From the NCBI GenBank assembly GCA_964016885.1, contig OZ024741.1, positions 50,158,001 through 50,222,000 on the forward strand: a DNA stretch of 64,000 bases, written 5' to 3'. Positions 1 to 14,250 of the stretch are shown in pieces (positions within the stretch are counted from its first letter, which is position 1; each line of letters opens with the position of its first letter). Source of the stretch: Eledone cirrhosa (lineage: Eukaryota). The position numbers and the translations under genes are program-made. The notes under the pieces were generated by a model. The model did not search any database, had not been told where the DNA came from, and was given only the letters and a program-made list of their open reading frames with translations.

Positions 1-185
1 GTCTATTGCAGGTAACTACCGACCCTAAATGTTTGAAGTGTTGAATGGGTGACAAACAAATTCCTCCCTAAATAAGCTACTAATCTGCTGTATGTAGCAC
101 TCCTAGAAAGGTCCAATATGTCCCTGACAGTCACATGAAGAAACACAATGAAACACCTAGTGATTGGTTAGTCTAATCAATATCC

Positions 186-355
186 TATCATCATCATCAT
201 TATTTTACGTCCACTTTTCCCTGCTTGCAAGGGTGGGACCGGAACTGATTCTGGCTTGATTTCTACAGCTGGATGCCGTTCCTAACACCAACCTCATTTA
301 CAGTGAGTGCTGGGTGCTTTTTTTACCGTGGCACCTCCACGACCACTTTGCAGTG
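186..355 (-). mobile_element. RTE-type 3' UTR relic with (GAT)n tail
   Basis: Matches the 3' end of the RTE copies at 6727 and 58806 (ggtgttaggaa.ggcatccagctgtagaaa ... ggacgtaaaa, gatgatgat). Confidence 0.7.
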
Positions 356-379
356 GAATGATAGGGACCCCAGTCCCTA

Positions 380-526
380 TCATCTCATGTCTACAGCTGA
401 GTAAACTGGAGCAATGTGAAATAAAGTGTCTTGCTCAAGGAAACAACACATCAGCCGGTCTGAGAATTGAACTCACAACCTTTCGATTGCAAGGCCAATG
501 CTCTAACCACTAAGCCATGTGCCTTC
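380..526 (-). mobile_element. tRNA-derived SINE 5' part
   Basis: A-box TGGCTTAGTGG, B-box GAGTTCAATTC, body ccttgagcaagacactttatttcacattgctccag shared with the copy at 16418. Confidence 0.8.
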
Positions 527-622
527 ACTAAGCCATGTGATCCTATCACTTATCAAATTAACCCCAACACCTTTCAATAGGTGGAAGTTGAGGACAACAG
601 AAGGGGATTCAATGACGCATAC

Positions 623-669
623 CTCTTCTTTTAGTAATCTATTCTCTTCCAAAACAGCAGCATTTTCAC
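623..669 (-). CDS. Internal coding exon (47 nt, phase 1 to 0) of unidentified host gene: (G)ENAAVLEENRLLKEE, coiled-coil-like
   Basis: Minus strand reads ttttttattaatttcAG|GTGAAAAT...AAAGAAGAG|GTATGC. Frame is open and joins the phase-1 end of exon 8171-8497 (TCA G|GT GAA). Confidence 0.75.
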
Positions 670-1339
670 CTGAAATTAATAAAAAACATCAAGTTGAATT
701 AATGTCGTAGGTAAAACAACAAACAACAGAAGCAGCAAACAACAACCAAACACAAGCGACTTGAGGTTAGTCAACAGTGCAGATTAACAAAAGCTACGGA
801 AAACAACAATTATATTGTTAACTCTACCTTCTCCTCACTAGCTCCTTCTCCCAAAACTTGGTTTTCCCATTTTCCTCTGTATCTTATTTTTCCTTTTAAG
901 CTCTACTTAAACTCTGAATACATTTATAACTTACAGGAAACAAACACCATTTGTGATGTACTTCATAATTTTATATTTGTTTTACTTTCAGTAAACATTC
1001 AACCAGAAAATTATGAGTGAAAAAAAACAAAAATAAAAGTACATTTTATGCAGATGTCAAAACCAATGTGTGTATGTGTGTGTAGTCAAATGTGTTTATT
1101 GGCTTTGAATAAAATTAAAATAGTTTACATACAAGGTGATCGGATCAATATTTCAGAATAAAGATTGAAAGAAACTAATCAGTTAAGAGTAAAGTTTTGT
1201 TGATGATGATGATGTTACTTCAGCCAAGTTACTTAGAACAGCATATCAAAACAGGATCTAACCTGCCAAATCCAGTAATACTTTACTTTCTATAAATAAT
1301 TCTGACGCTAAATCTACTATTGAATGGAGAAGTGAGACA

Positions 1340-1965
1340 ATATTGTTCATAGGCATGCTATACCTCAAGTTGTTTGTTGCAGACATTGTCACACCTGAAG
1401 CTGCTTGTTAAATATGTCACACCTGAAGCTGCTTGTCAAATATATCTCACCTGAAGCCTATTTTTAAATATATCTTACCTGAAGCCAATACTTAAATATA
1501 TCTCACTTGGAGCGAATTATTAATTACATCACACTTGAAAGCCGCTTGTTGAATACATTACATGTAAAGCAGTTTGTTAAGACATGTCACACAGGAAATT
1601 GTTGTTTGTTAAGACATGTCATACTGGAAATTGGTGTTTGTTAAGGCATGTCACATTGGAAATTGTTGTTTGTTGAAAACATATCACATCTGAACTTGTT
1701 TAGATATGTCATGTGGAAGTTGCTTATTAAAACATGTTACATTAAAATTGCTTGTTAAAACATGTCACATAGAAGTTGCTTTCAAGAACATGTCACATAG
1801 AAGTTGCTTTCAAAAACATGTCACATAGAAGTTGCTTTCAAAAACATGTCACATAGAAGTTGCTTTCAAAAACATGTCACATAGTCGTTGCTTTCTAAAA
1901 CATGCTATACCTAAATGTTTTTAGACATGTCACACCTCAAGTTGCTTGTGTCACATGTTACACAC
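1340..1965. repeat. Degenerate ~28-bp minisatellite (catgtcacatagaagttgctttcaaaaa)
   Basis: Visible tandem copies, near-perfect at 1760-1890. Confidence 0.85.
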
Positions 1966-1972
1966 AAACTGA

Positions 1973-3235
1973 TTTTTTTTTTTGGTGGTGGTTGTGGTGG
2001 TGGGGGTCTGGAGGAAGAGGTTGTGTCCATTGCAAGTCCTCCAAAGCCAGTGAAATTGATACAATGGTTGCAGGAAATATATGTACAGGGATGGAATTCT
2101 AGAGGATTGATGATTTGGGAAGCAAAAGTGATTAGTTGAGAGGGACAACACATCAGTAAGCTAGAGGAAGGAGCATGATAGTGACTTCATGGCAATCATT
2201 GAGGTAGCATATTTTTTAGCTAGTCTGTGGAGTATCTCCTGAGATTTGGGGAGGGTTTGTAGAGTTCTATTTTATTTATTATTAATTGGGGGGGGGGGGT
2301 GCAGAGACTAAATTATTTTCTGGGTTTAAAGAGGAAAGGGAGTCTTTGAGATGCAGTCTTTACTATGTGGAAGTTAGACATCTGTCAGGAGAGATCCTTA
2401 GTGATGGTGAGATCTAGCATTTGAAGGAATCATGAAGGTTTTGTTGTAATTTACATATCTAGGAGGAAAGTGGAGTGGTGCTATAATGTTTGTTTGGTTT
2501 TTTATAGTGATTGCATTTTTTGTTGTTGTTGAAGGAGAGAAGATTGACATGACACCATGTTTCAAGATTGTTCATAAAGTCAGTGTAGATTTGGAGGTGT
2601 CTAGGTTACAGGTGGATGATGTTTGTGTGTGGAAGATTAAGGATGAATGAAGGGTGGTATCATCTGCATAGGTGTGTGTGTTATTGAAGGTGACGGCAAG
2701 CAGGTTGTTGATATAGGAGGAAGTGTTGGAGACAAAACCTAGCTCTGACGTACATAAGAGTTGATAGAATGTTTTGCCAATGATGATGATGATGATGGCT
2801 CCATCAGCACACACTATGATAAAGTGTTCTGAAAGGAAGCACCAATACAAGAAACAACAGATCGATGGAGTCCCTGAGTGGACAGTTTTGACAGAAGATT
2901 CACATGCTAGAAATGGTTGAAAGTTTTATTGATGTTGAGAGTAACAACAATTTCACCAAATTTCTCTAGAACATCAGTCTACTGACAAAGGAAAGTAAGT
3001 CTTCAGTAGATCTGGTTTGATGAAAACCACACAAGTAGTGATTAAGGAGAGAGAAAGAAATTGAAGGAGTTGGTAAAGGTTGTTGTTGATCGCTGTCTTT
3101 ATCACCTTTGAAACATTGGAAATGAATGTAGCAGGATGGTAGTAAGTAGCGTCATGGGATGTTGCACTCCTTAAGGATGGGGCCAAACAGTGAGATGAAG
3201 GTAGGAGCTCACTCTAGGATGTATTGTTTGAGAGT
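1973..3235 (-). mobile_element. Old, decayed LINE 3' fragment (CR1/Jockey group) with short poly(A) tail
   Basis: Remnant RT peptides YHPATFISNVSKV (YRPI motif) and HTYADDTTLHSS in minus frames; A-run at 1973-1983; many stops. Confidence 0.6.
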
Positions 3236-3269
3236 AATAAAAGGTACATTGTCAGTGTCACTTATCAGA

Positions 3270-3810
3270 GAAATGTCATGTCCAATGTTGTTTTTTGACA
3301 GGCATTGCAGCCATATCCAAAGCTGCTTGTAACAAACATGTCATACTCACTCAAAGTTGCTCCTGACTAAAAGATTCCTTGTCATATCCATCATTGGTTG
3401 TGACTGACATGTCATACCCAAAGCTGCTCCTGACTGAAAAGTTGCTTGTGACTGACATGTCATACCCAGAGTTGCTTGTGACTGACATGTCATATTTAAA
3501 GTTGCTCCTGACTAACAAGTTGCTTGTGACTGACATGTCATACCCAGAGTTGCTTGTGACTGACATGTCATACCCAAAGTTGCTTACAATAGACATATCA
3601 CACCAAAAGTTGTTTATAACAGACATTAAATACAATATTGCTTGTTACAGATATGCGATATCTGAAGCTGTTTATAGAAACACCACACCAGAAGCTGTTG
3701 TTTAAAGATATCACACCAGAAGCTGTTTGTTTACAGACACATCACACCTGGCGTGAAGTTGCTTGTTACAGACATATAACATCTGAAGCTGCTTGTCATA
3801 AATATGTTAT
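3270..3810. repeat. ~30-bp minisatellite (tgactgacatgtcatacccagagttgcttg), related to 1340-1965
   Basis: Tandem copies; shared catgtca...agttgct core. Confidence 0.85.
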
Positions 3811-3899
3811 AATTATAACATTTGTTAATCATAACTCACAATGAAAATCCTCAAGACATTAGTGAATCGTGAAATTAGAAATTGCAGGTGTCATATTGA

Positions 3900-4805
3900 A
3901 GTTCTTGGTTACATCACTGTCACAATCAATGGAACTTTGTTACACCAGTCACAACCAACACAACTATTACAATTGAAACATTGAAGTTCTCAGTTACATC
4001 AGTCACAACCAATATAACCATAACAAATGACACCGACATCTAAGTTACATCTGTCACAACCAGCACATTATTACTATAGTTACATCTCTGTCACAACCAA
4101 CAACTGTTACATTCTTAGTTACACCTGTCACAACCAACAACTGTTACCTTCTTAGTTACATACCTGTCACAACCAACACAACTGTTACATTCTTAATTAC
4201 ATCTGTGTCACAACCAACACAACTGTTACATTCTTAGTTACATGTCACAACCAACACAACTGTTATATTCTTAGTTACATCTGTCACAACTAACAACTGT
4301 TACATGTGTCACAACCAACAACTGTTACATATGTCACAACCAACAACTGCTACACGTGTCACAACCAACAACTGTTACATGTGTCACAACCAACAACTGT
4401 TACATGGGTCACAACAACAACTGTTACATTCTTAGTTACATATCTGTCACAACCAACAATTACATTCTTAGTTACATATCTGTCACAACCAACAACTGTT
4501 ACATATCTATCACAACCAACAACTGTTACATATCTATCACAACCAACAACTGTTACATATCTATCACAACCAACAACTGTTACATCTGTCACAACCAACA
4601 ACTGTTACATCTCTGTCACAACCAACAACTGTTACATCTCTGTCACAACCAACAACTGTTACATCTCTGTCACAACCAACAACTGTTACATCTCTGTCAC
4701 AACCAACAACTGTTACATCTCTGTCACAACCAACAACTGTTACATATCTGTCACAACCAACAACTGTTACATTCTTAGTAACATCTGTTAACACAACTGT
4801 TATAT
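3900..4805. repeat. ~27-bp minisatellite (gtcacaaccaacaactgttacatctct)
   Basis: More than 25 tandem copies. Confidence 0.9.
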
Positions 4806-6726
4806 TGACATGAGAATGAAAAAAACTATTTCAGCCACACCACGAGCAATGTAACATTTAGTAAGTGTACATGTAGGTGTCAGGTGTGTATACACATTTA
4901 CAGAGAAACATTATATGGAAATATATATGTATGCATGTATGTGTGTAAAGTGATTTTACTAGAATTCCCTTTGCAACCTATTCCAAAGCACATAAACGTG
5001 CCACTACTGCCATCATTATATTTTGATGATGGGGCAGAGATCTTGAAGTGTTAATAGACTTATGGCTTTAGAAATACTATTATTCAAAACTAAACATCAT
5101 AAACTAATTTAGAAATATGAGAATGGCCATGTTTTTAAAATAACATATTTGATGTGTTGAGGAGCCATTTTTCAGTCATGTCTCTAGTGATTGGTGATAG
5201 ATCAGGCATCCAGCTATAAAAACACACCAAAACCAGAAGATATGTAAGTGATTAAACACTATCATGGAAGAATGGATGCTAAATTTTACATGTTTTTCCA
5301 TATATATATATATATATATATACATGTATATATATATATATATATACTGTATATATATATACATACACAAACAGTGAAAGTGTACTATTCTGTATTGTAG
5401 TTACAAAAAGGATATTTTTCTCTTATTATCTGTGAAAAGCCTATTTTGCCATCATCATTGGTTAATTGGTCCTTCTCTTGTCCCCTAGGCCTGCCATAAC
5501 TCTATCATATTTCAAATGATGCCCAAACCCTGATATATCTGTTTCTCTGTATGTATAAAAAGAAACACACACACGTATATGTATGTGTGTGTATGTGTAT
5601 ATATAACTATATATGTAAATTCAATATACCCAAAGATGACACATATACGTATACACACATGCATGTAGGTACACGCACATATATAGATGTAGCTTCAAAA
5701 GTGATGAAGAATGGCGCACCAAGAAACAAATTGACATGCAACATGGTTAGATGGTAGTTTGTGTTACTGATAGATAACATAACATCATATGTTAAAAATA
5801 TTGACAACGATCACAATATGGACAACTATAACAACAATAATATTATAATATTGATTTGCAACACAGACACAGGCCACAAGAGAACAATCAATCATATCAA
5901 CCCAGTACTTGACTGGTATTTTTTTTATCAACTCCCAGAACAATGAATAACAAAGTTGGCCTTGACAAAATTTTAACTCAACAAAGAAATTTTGTTCAAT
6001 GCTCTCCCAACAATACTAATAATAACAAAATATAAGAGGTTGGTGTAGATACAAGACTGTGGGTGATTTCAACTAATGTTAAAAGAATGAAAAGAAACAA
6101 ACACACGATCCGATTGTGGTGTAGCATGCCAGAGACCTCATGGCAAAGAATGCAAAGTGAGAATAACATGACAAAAGGTCTGGGTTAGTAGAGAGATAGA
6201 AAGAAGACACAAGGTTCAGTGGCAGTCAGTTGCAGATATATTTCTGGACTGTTTTAACTGTATCTCTACTTGTGTTAGCATTCACCCAGAATAGGTTAAG
6301 CCAGTTCTAACCAGTGAATCCACATCATCTCAAACAGAAGCTGGCTATGCACTGTGATCATGAACACCCAGTGGCAAAGATTGTTAACCAGCCATGATTC
6401 TAACCATTAACATCATATATATGAGTACCAGATATGAATTCATGACCTAACTGGATCTTATTAATCCAGGTTTTCAAAGGGACTTTAGTGTGACCTCGTC
6501 ACAAATAAGTTCACCCCGTGAGTGACAAAGCGTGAGCACCCCAATGGAGATGTCTCCTTTTGGATAGGAGTTGTTGAAAGATATGAATCCAACTATGAAA
6601 ACAATGTTTGGAGTGACATACAAAACATCGGATGTATGAACATAAAGAATTTGGCAAAGTTAAAAGTTGTGTTGAATATTTCTAGCTTGCATAAGTCCAC
6701 TGTTCTCATTAACCCCATCTTGTAGC

Positions 6727-7892
6727 CATCATCATCATCATCATCACCGTTTTACGTCCGTTCTTCCACGCTAGCATGGGTTAGACGGGTTGTCCTGTTG
6801 TGGGCAGTGTCTGGTCGGCTGACCATGCCTTGCTCATACAGGAACTGATCTGGCTTGATTTCTACAGCTGGATGCCCTTCCTAACACCAACCTCATTTAC
6901 AGTGAGTGCTGGGTGCTTTTTCGTGGCGCCTACACGTCCACTTTACAGTGTGGGCTGGGTGCTTTTTTGCCGTGGCACCTCCACGACCACCTTGCGGTGG
7001 GGGGGGGGGGGGGGGGGGCATATTGTTTATATGCTTCAGCATGTACCCATGGGAGGTCGGGTACCCTGTATTACTGCGTGACGCCAGAAGTCACGGTCGT
7101 GTGTCATTGACTTTGAGAGGTGTAGTTGGGTAAGGTCGGCTTTTATCACCTCATCCCAAGTCATCTTGGGTCTCCCCACTCCGCGGTTTCCATCAACTTC
7201 TAGTGCTCTGCACCTTTTTATGCAGCTGTCATCCTTCATACGCATCACATGTCCATACCAGCGTAACCGCCTCTCCTGCACGCAGCATTTGATTCCTCTT
7301 ATGCTCAGTCTCTCTCTCAATTCATTTATGCTTTGTCGTTCACGTATATTACTGTTACACATCCATCGGAGCATGCAGGCTTCGTTTCTCTCTAATCTAC
7401 GTAAGTCTTCCACCTTCAGCGCCCAGGTCTCACTACCATGCAACATCGCTGTTCGGATACACGCATCATACAGTCTGCCTTTCATTCTGAGGGAGAAGCC
7501 TTTTGCAGCTAGCAGTGGTAGTAGTTCCCTAAACTTCTTCCATCCCGTTCTTACCCTAGTTATTGTACTTTCTGAGCACCCACCTCCGTTGCTAATTCGG
7601 TCACCTAGGTAGCAGAAGCTGTCTACTGTTTCTACAGGGCCCTCCCAGAGATTGGTGGTACTTGTTTCCTGTGGCTGTTTGCTTGCTGTTTCAGCACAGC
7701 TGCTGCATGTGAATCCTACATTCTTAATTAAGCTTCCTGAGATCCCGCTACATCTCTTGTGTACCCATTGTTTGCATTTGGGGCAAAGAATGGAGTTCCT
7801 ACCTACACCTTTCCTACATACTGAGCAAGGCCATTTCCCTGAGGGGATCTGGGTTCTGTTTTCTCGTCTACTTATAAGGACCTTAGTCAGGA
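6727..7892 (-). mobile_element. 5'-truncated RTE-clade LINE, family A (PHD-like finger, RT C-terminus, 3' UTR, (GAT)n tail)
   Basis: [20 protein letters not shown]...[11 protein letters not shown]...GRPK; highly similar to 57630-58806. Confidence 0.92.
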
Positions 7893-8170
7893 TTATGTGA
7901 ATGAATGCTCAATAAATTTTGAACAGTGTTGTCCATCCAGTACCATCAAATATGTAGTTAGTGGTCAGTGTCTCACCAAACAGGTACATACAACTGACCA
8001 TTGCTGGTCAGAAATGATTGGACACTAAATGAGATCTGATCAAACTGAATACTCATAAATTAGTACAGAAACTAGTAAAGATTAGTAGTGTGACAATTAT
8101 AATCAGTGGAAACAAAGAAGAGATGGGTAGAAACTGCCCCTCAGAAAAAAAAAAAAAATCAACAAAAAAC

Positions 8171-8497
8171 CTGATCTTGGGTCAATGGATGTTTCCCTTG
8201 AGCGATAAGCTTGACCCCTGGACAGTGGTTCGGGTGAGTTAATTGACCGCTGACTAGCATGACGGTCTAAAGTACCACTCTTTGGTGAAGAGTCACGAGA
8301 GAAAATAGAACGCTGTCCATTAGAGACAGTGCTGTTTCTTCGGCCAGTGGCAGAAAGATCCCGAGAAGATCCATAGCGTTTAGCAGTGTTACCAGCATTG
8401 GAATCAACTGACATTCGACCTTTTGACATTCGATCGTCACTGTAGAGTTCATGAGAAGACTCCGTCAGTGAGAGGGCGCTGTCATAGACCATAGAAT
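8171..8497 (-). CDS. Internal coding exon (327 nt, phase 1 to 1), Ser/Arg-rich low-complexity segment DSMVYDSALSLTESSHELYSDD...ETSIDPRS
   Basis: Long pyrimidine tract then ttagcAG| acceptor, CAG|GTTTTT donor, 109 open codons, non-repetitive and more GC-rich than flanks. Confidence 0.85.
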
Positions 8498-8755
8498 CTG
8501 CTAATAAGAAAAATGGGAAGAAAAGAAAGGAAAAATAATTAGATACATTCAGAGGAGTTAGTGTTTGGAGTGGTACCTGTCTTTTTTGTTTTGGTCAAAG
8601 TTTGTATTAGTGAATAGTGACAATTTATGAAAGGTATGTGTGTATATATATGTATACACACACACACACACCTGAGGATTGGTAACAAGAAACTCCAAGT
8701 AGTTACTCACACAGACTCAGCTATGAATAAATGTCATTCCACTCTACTTAATGGT

Positions 8756-8897
<142 letters not shown>

Positions 8898-9169
8898 ATT
8901 GACTGTTAATACTCAAGATAAAAAAAGTGAAAACTCGTATACTAATTAATCATTAAAATCTTCAAAGAGATATGAAAAGTTTTATATTGGGAAATAAAGT
9001 TATTTAGTTTGAATTCAATTTGGCACTATGAGCAGATCCAGGAATCCAAGAATAAAACTGCTAATAACAAACATTGCTTATTGAATTCAATGAAATGTAA
9101 TGTAGATATAAATATATTGTAAATATACACTATAAAGATGGAGCTACTAGTTTAAAAAATCATTTCTAA

Positions 9170-9372
9170 TTCAGGCATAAGGCTAGCAAATTTGAGAGAA
9201 GAACACAGTTGATTAAATCAACCTCAGTACTTGACTAGTACTTTATTTTATTGTCCCTGGACGGATGAAGATCAAAGTTGACCTCAGCAACATTTGAACT
9301 CAGAATGTAGAGAGTAAGAACAAATACTGCAATGGCATTTTATCCACTGCTCTACAAATTCTGTCACCCGCC
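9170..9372 (-). mobile_element. tRNA-derived SINE with Nin-like central domain (related relics near 5870-6010, 19745-19840, 26160-26290, 50905-51190)
   Basis: Recurrent block tgagttcaaat...aggtcaacttt..ctttcatcc...ataaaataaagtac.agt; family assignment from recall. Confidence 0.65.
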
Positions 9373-10879
9373 CCCCTGTTTAATAATAATAATTCCTAGT
9401 TGAAAGCCAGTCAAGGATACATATGCAGGAATACAACATTTGATGGCTCTTGCAGATTCAACAGTTCATCATATAGTCATCCTCATCATCATTATTGTTT
9501 AATGTCCACCTTCCACGTTACATAGTGTAGATATAATTATATAGGTATAGGCATGACTGTGTGGTTCATGTTAGTGAATGGTTAACCAGACAATAGTGAT
9601 CCAATAGTTAACAAGATGACTATTTTTAGGAAGCACTCATGTTCCTTTTCCAGTTCTCAAGACCAGTGGAAGAGAGGAAATTGCCTTCCGATCAAAGACT
9701 TGGTCCAACAAGATGGACTTCACTAAACACACAACCAGGGCTTGTGGTGGTGCTAATCAGGGTGACAAATCAACTCTACCACTCAAAAGTAGGAATGATC
9801 ACTCCAATGAGCTTTCACACAGCTTCCACCTACCAAATTTCATTCACAAAGGTGTTGTGAACTGGAATTGTGCTCCAAACTATATAGTTGCACAGTAAAC
9901 TTCTTAACCACAGAGCCATGAATGAAACCATATTTAAAAGAAACAGTGAGAATTTGTACTCAGAATGTAAAGAGCCAAAAATGATAAAAATGCACCCGGT
10001 ACATTCTGTAAAGCGGTTGGTGTTAAGAAGGGCATCCAGACATAGACATCATGCAGAAAATGGAATGTATGAGTGAGATATGGTAATTTGACTTGTCGAA
10101 GAAGGCAGTAACTCCAAATAAGAACTACTTTTGACTGTGATGACTGCTTCAACACATGCCAGCATAGAAAGCTGATGTGACTTCTAAATGTTAAGATAAA
10201 AACTAAACCTCAGATTTTGGGAAATAAATCCACTGAAAGAAACAAATGGGTGAATGGAAACAATATTTGCTCGGTTTTTAATCTAATCTGAAAGACAATG
10301 TTATTTGGGCAGAAGTTAGCAGAATCTTTTAGAAATGGCAAGGATCACAAACAAACTCTTGTGAGACTAAGATGAGGAGATAAAGCCAGAAAAGACATCC
10401 TTTACTAAAAGATTACAAGCATCTAAGAAAAATCAAAAACTATCAAGAAAGATCTATGTTAGGACTGCTACAATCTCTTGAATTTTCAGCTGGACCCTAA
10501 AAGGGGGAAAAAAATGCAAAAGAAAGAAAAAAAAAAACAATCAGACTAATCACTTTGTGATTTACAATTAGATTTCTCAAAGGTGTCATATACAAAGAAG
10601 GAATTTTGTTGTTTTTCTAGATGAGATCTTGTTGGATAGTAACAGCAATATATACACAAGGAGATAAAGGAGAAGAGGAAATACTAGTTATTTTAGATAA
10701 TTCAATGGTGGTTATGGGTGAACTTTAGTTTCAGTTAAATCTATTAATTAATAGTTGTGGGAGATGGGATTAAACATTAAGGAAAGTGGGAGATTTATTG
10801 AATAAAAGGTAGGGGGGGGGGACATACTTGAATACATACACACCTACTGCAAGAACACATGCTCTTGTCATGTATGCAC

Positions 10880-11210
10880 ACACACAGCTACATGAATACA
10901 CACACACACAGTAAATACAGTTATCACAACTACACAGATGTGCATGTGCACACACACACACTCACAGAGCAAACAGTTATCACTGTTGTGCAGACACAGA
11001 CACAGTGTAAATACAGTTATCACTGCCACACATATGTACACACACAGTTATCACTACCACACACATGTACACACACACAGAACAAACACAGTTATCACTG
11101 CCACACACATGTACACACACACAGTTATCTAAGCCGCACACATGTACACACACACAGAACAAACAGTTATCACTACTGCACACGTGTATACACACACACA
11201 CAGTAAAAAC
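10880..11210. repeat. CA-rich minisatellite (acacacagttatcactgccacacacatgt)
   Basis: About 7 degenerate copies. Confidence 0.8.
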
Positions 11211-11265
11211 ACAAATTCAAGTACTACATAAATATATGCAATATGCCCACAGAAATGCCCTCCAT

Positions 11266-14250
11266 AGGTGTACACATCTAATACAGCTGCTACAGGTGTA
11301 CACATCTAATACAGCTGCTACAGGTGTACACATCTAATACAGCTGCTACAGGTGTACACATCTAATACAGTTTCTACAGGTGTACACATCTAATACAGTT
11401 TCTACAGGTGTACACATCTAATACAGCTGCTACAGGTGTACACATCTAATACAGCTGCTACAGGTGTACACATCTAATACAGCTGCTACAGGTGTACACA
11501 TCTAATACAGCTGCTACAGGTGTACACATCTAATACAGCTGCTACAGGTGTACACATCTAATACAACTACTACAGGTGTACACATCTAATACAGCTGCTA
11601 CAGGTGTACACATCTAATACAGTTGCTACAGGTGTACACATCTAATACAACTACTACAGGTGTACACATCTAATACAGCTGCTACAGGTGTACACATCTA
11701 ATACAGTTGCTACAGGTGTACACATCTAATACAGTTGCTACAGGTGTACACATCTAATACAGTTGCTACAGGTGTACACATCTAATACAGTTGCTACAGG
11801 TGTACACATCTAATACAGTTGCTACAGGTGTACACATCTAATACAGTTGCTACAGGTGTACACATCTAATACAGCTGCTACAGGTGTACACATCTAATAC
11901 AGCTGCTACAGGTGTACACATCTAATACAGTTGCTACAGGTGTACACATCTAATACAGTTGCTACAGGTGTACACATCTAATACAACTACTACAGGTGTA
12001 CACATCTAATACAGTTGCTACAGGTGTACACATCTAATACAGTTGCTACAGGTGTACACATCTAATACAGTTGCTACAGGTGTACACATCTAATACAGTT
12101 GCTACAGGTGTACACATCTAATACAGTTGCTACAGGTGTACACATCTAATACAGTTGCTACAGGTGTACACATCTAATACAGTTGCTACAGGTGTACACA
12201 TCTAATACAGCTGCTACAGGTGTACACATCTAATACAGTTGCTACAGGTGTACACATCTAATACAGTTGCTTCAGGTGTACACATCTAATACAGTTGCTA
12301 CAGGTGTACACATCTAATACAGTTGCTACAGGTGTACACATCTAATACAGTTGCTACAGGTGTACACATCTAATACAGTTGCTACAGGTGTACACATCTA
12401 ATACAGTTGCTACAGGTGTACACATCTAATACAGTTGCTACAGGTGTACACATCTAATACAGTTTCTACAGGTGTACACATCTAATACAGTTGCTACAGG
12501 TGTACACATCTAATACAGCTGCTACAGGTGTACACATCTAATACAGTTGCTACAGGTGTACACATCTAATACAGTTGCTACAGGTGTACACATCTAATAC
12601 AACTACTACAGGTGTACACATCTAATACAGCTGCTACAGGTGCTACAGGTGTACACATCTAATACAGCTGCTACCGGTGTACACATCTAATACAGTTGCT
12701 ACAGGTGTACACATCTAATACAGCTGCTACAGGTGTACACATCTAATACAGTTGCTACAGGTGTACACATCTAATACAGTTGCTACAGGTGTACACATCT
12801 AATACAGTTGCTACAGGTGTACACATCTAATACAGTTGCTACAGGTGTACACATCTAATACAGTTGCTACAGGTGTACACATCTAATACAACTATTACAG
12901 GTGTACACATCTAATACAGCTGCTACAGGTGTACACATCTAATACAGTTTCTACAGGTGTACACATCTAATACAACTATTACAGGTGTACACATCTAATA
13001 CAGTTGCTACAGGTGTACACATCTAATACAGTTTCTACAGGTGTACACATCTAATACAACTACTACAGGTGTACACATCTAATACAGTTGCTACAGGTGT
13101 ATACATCTAATACAGTTGCTACAGGTTTACACATCTAATACAGTTGCTACAGGTGTACATATCTAATACAGCTGCTACAGGTGTACACATCTAATACAGT
13201 TGCTACAGGTGTACACATCTAATACAGTTTCTACAGGTGTACACATCTAATACAGCTGCTACAGGTGTACACATCTAATACAGCTGCTACAGGTGTACAC
13301 ATCTAATACAGTTGCTACAGGTGTACACATCTAATACAACTGCTACAGGTGTACACATCTAATACAGTTGCTACAGGTGTACACATCTAATACAGTTGCT
13401 ACAGGTGTACACATCTAATACAGTTGCTACAGGTGTACACATCTAATACAGTTGCTACAGGTGTACACATCTAATACAGCTGCTACAGGTGTACACATCT
13501 AATACAGTTGCTACAGGTGTACACATCTAATACAGTTTCTACAGGTGTACACATCTAATACAGCTGCTACAGGTGTACACAGCTAATACAGCTGCTACAG
13601 GTGTACACATCTAATACAGCTGCTACAGGTGTACACATCTAATACAGCTGCTACAGGTGTACACATCTAATACAGCTGCTACAGGTGTACACATCTAATA
13701 CAGTTGCTACAGGTGTACACATCTAATACAGCTGCTACAGGTGTACACATCTAATACAGTTTCTACAGGTGTACACATCTAATACAGTTGCTACAGGTGT
13801 ACACATCTAATACAGCTGCTACAGGTGTACACATCTAATACAGTTGCTACAGGTGTACACATCTAATACAGTTTCTACAGGTGTACACATCTAATACAGT
13901 TGCTACAGGTGTACACATCTAATACAGCTGCTACAGGTGTACACAGCTAATACAGCTTCTACAGGTGTACACATCTAATACAGTTGCTACAGGTGTACAC
14001 ATCTAATACAGTTTCTACAGGTGTACACATCTAATACAGCTGCTACAGGTGTACACATCTAATACAGCTGCTACAGGTGTACACATCTAATACAACTACT
14101 ACAGGTGTACACATCTAATACAGCTGCTACAGGTGTACACATCTAATACAGCTGCTACAGGTGTACACATCTAATACAACTGCTACAGGTGTACACATCT
14201 AATACAGTTGCTACAGGTGTACACATCTAATACAACTACTACAGGTGTAT
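11266..14250. repeat. 28-bp tandem satellite, ~106 copies (ATACAGYTGCTACAGGTGTACACATCTA)
   Basis: Period 28 (11281 to 11309); highly homogeneous. Confidence 0.98.

Noticed and set aside
380-526. tRNA gene
   Set aside because: A/B boxes only; continues into a SINE body shared with other copies, with no intact cloverleaf.
11266-14250. CRISPR-like regular repeat
   Set aside because: Head-to-tail units without unique spacers, no cas genes, eukaryotic context.
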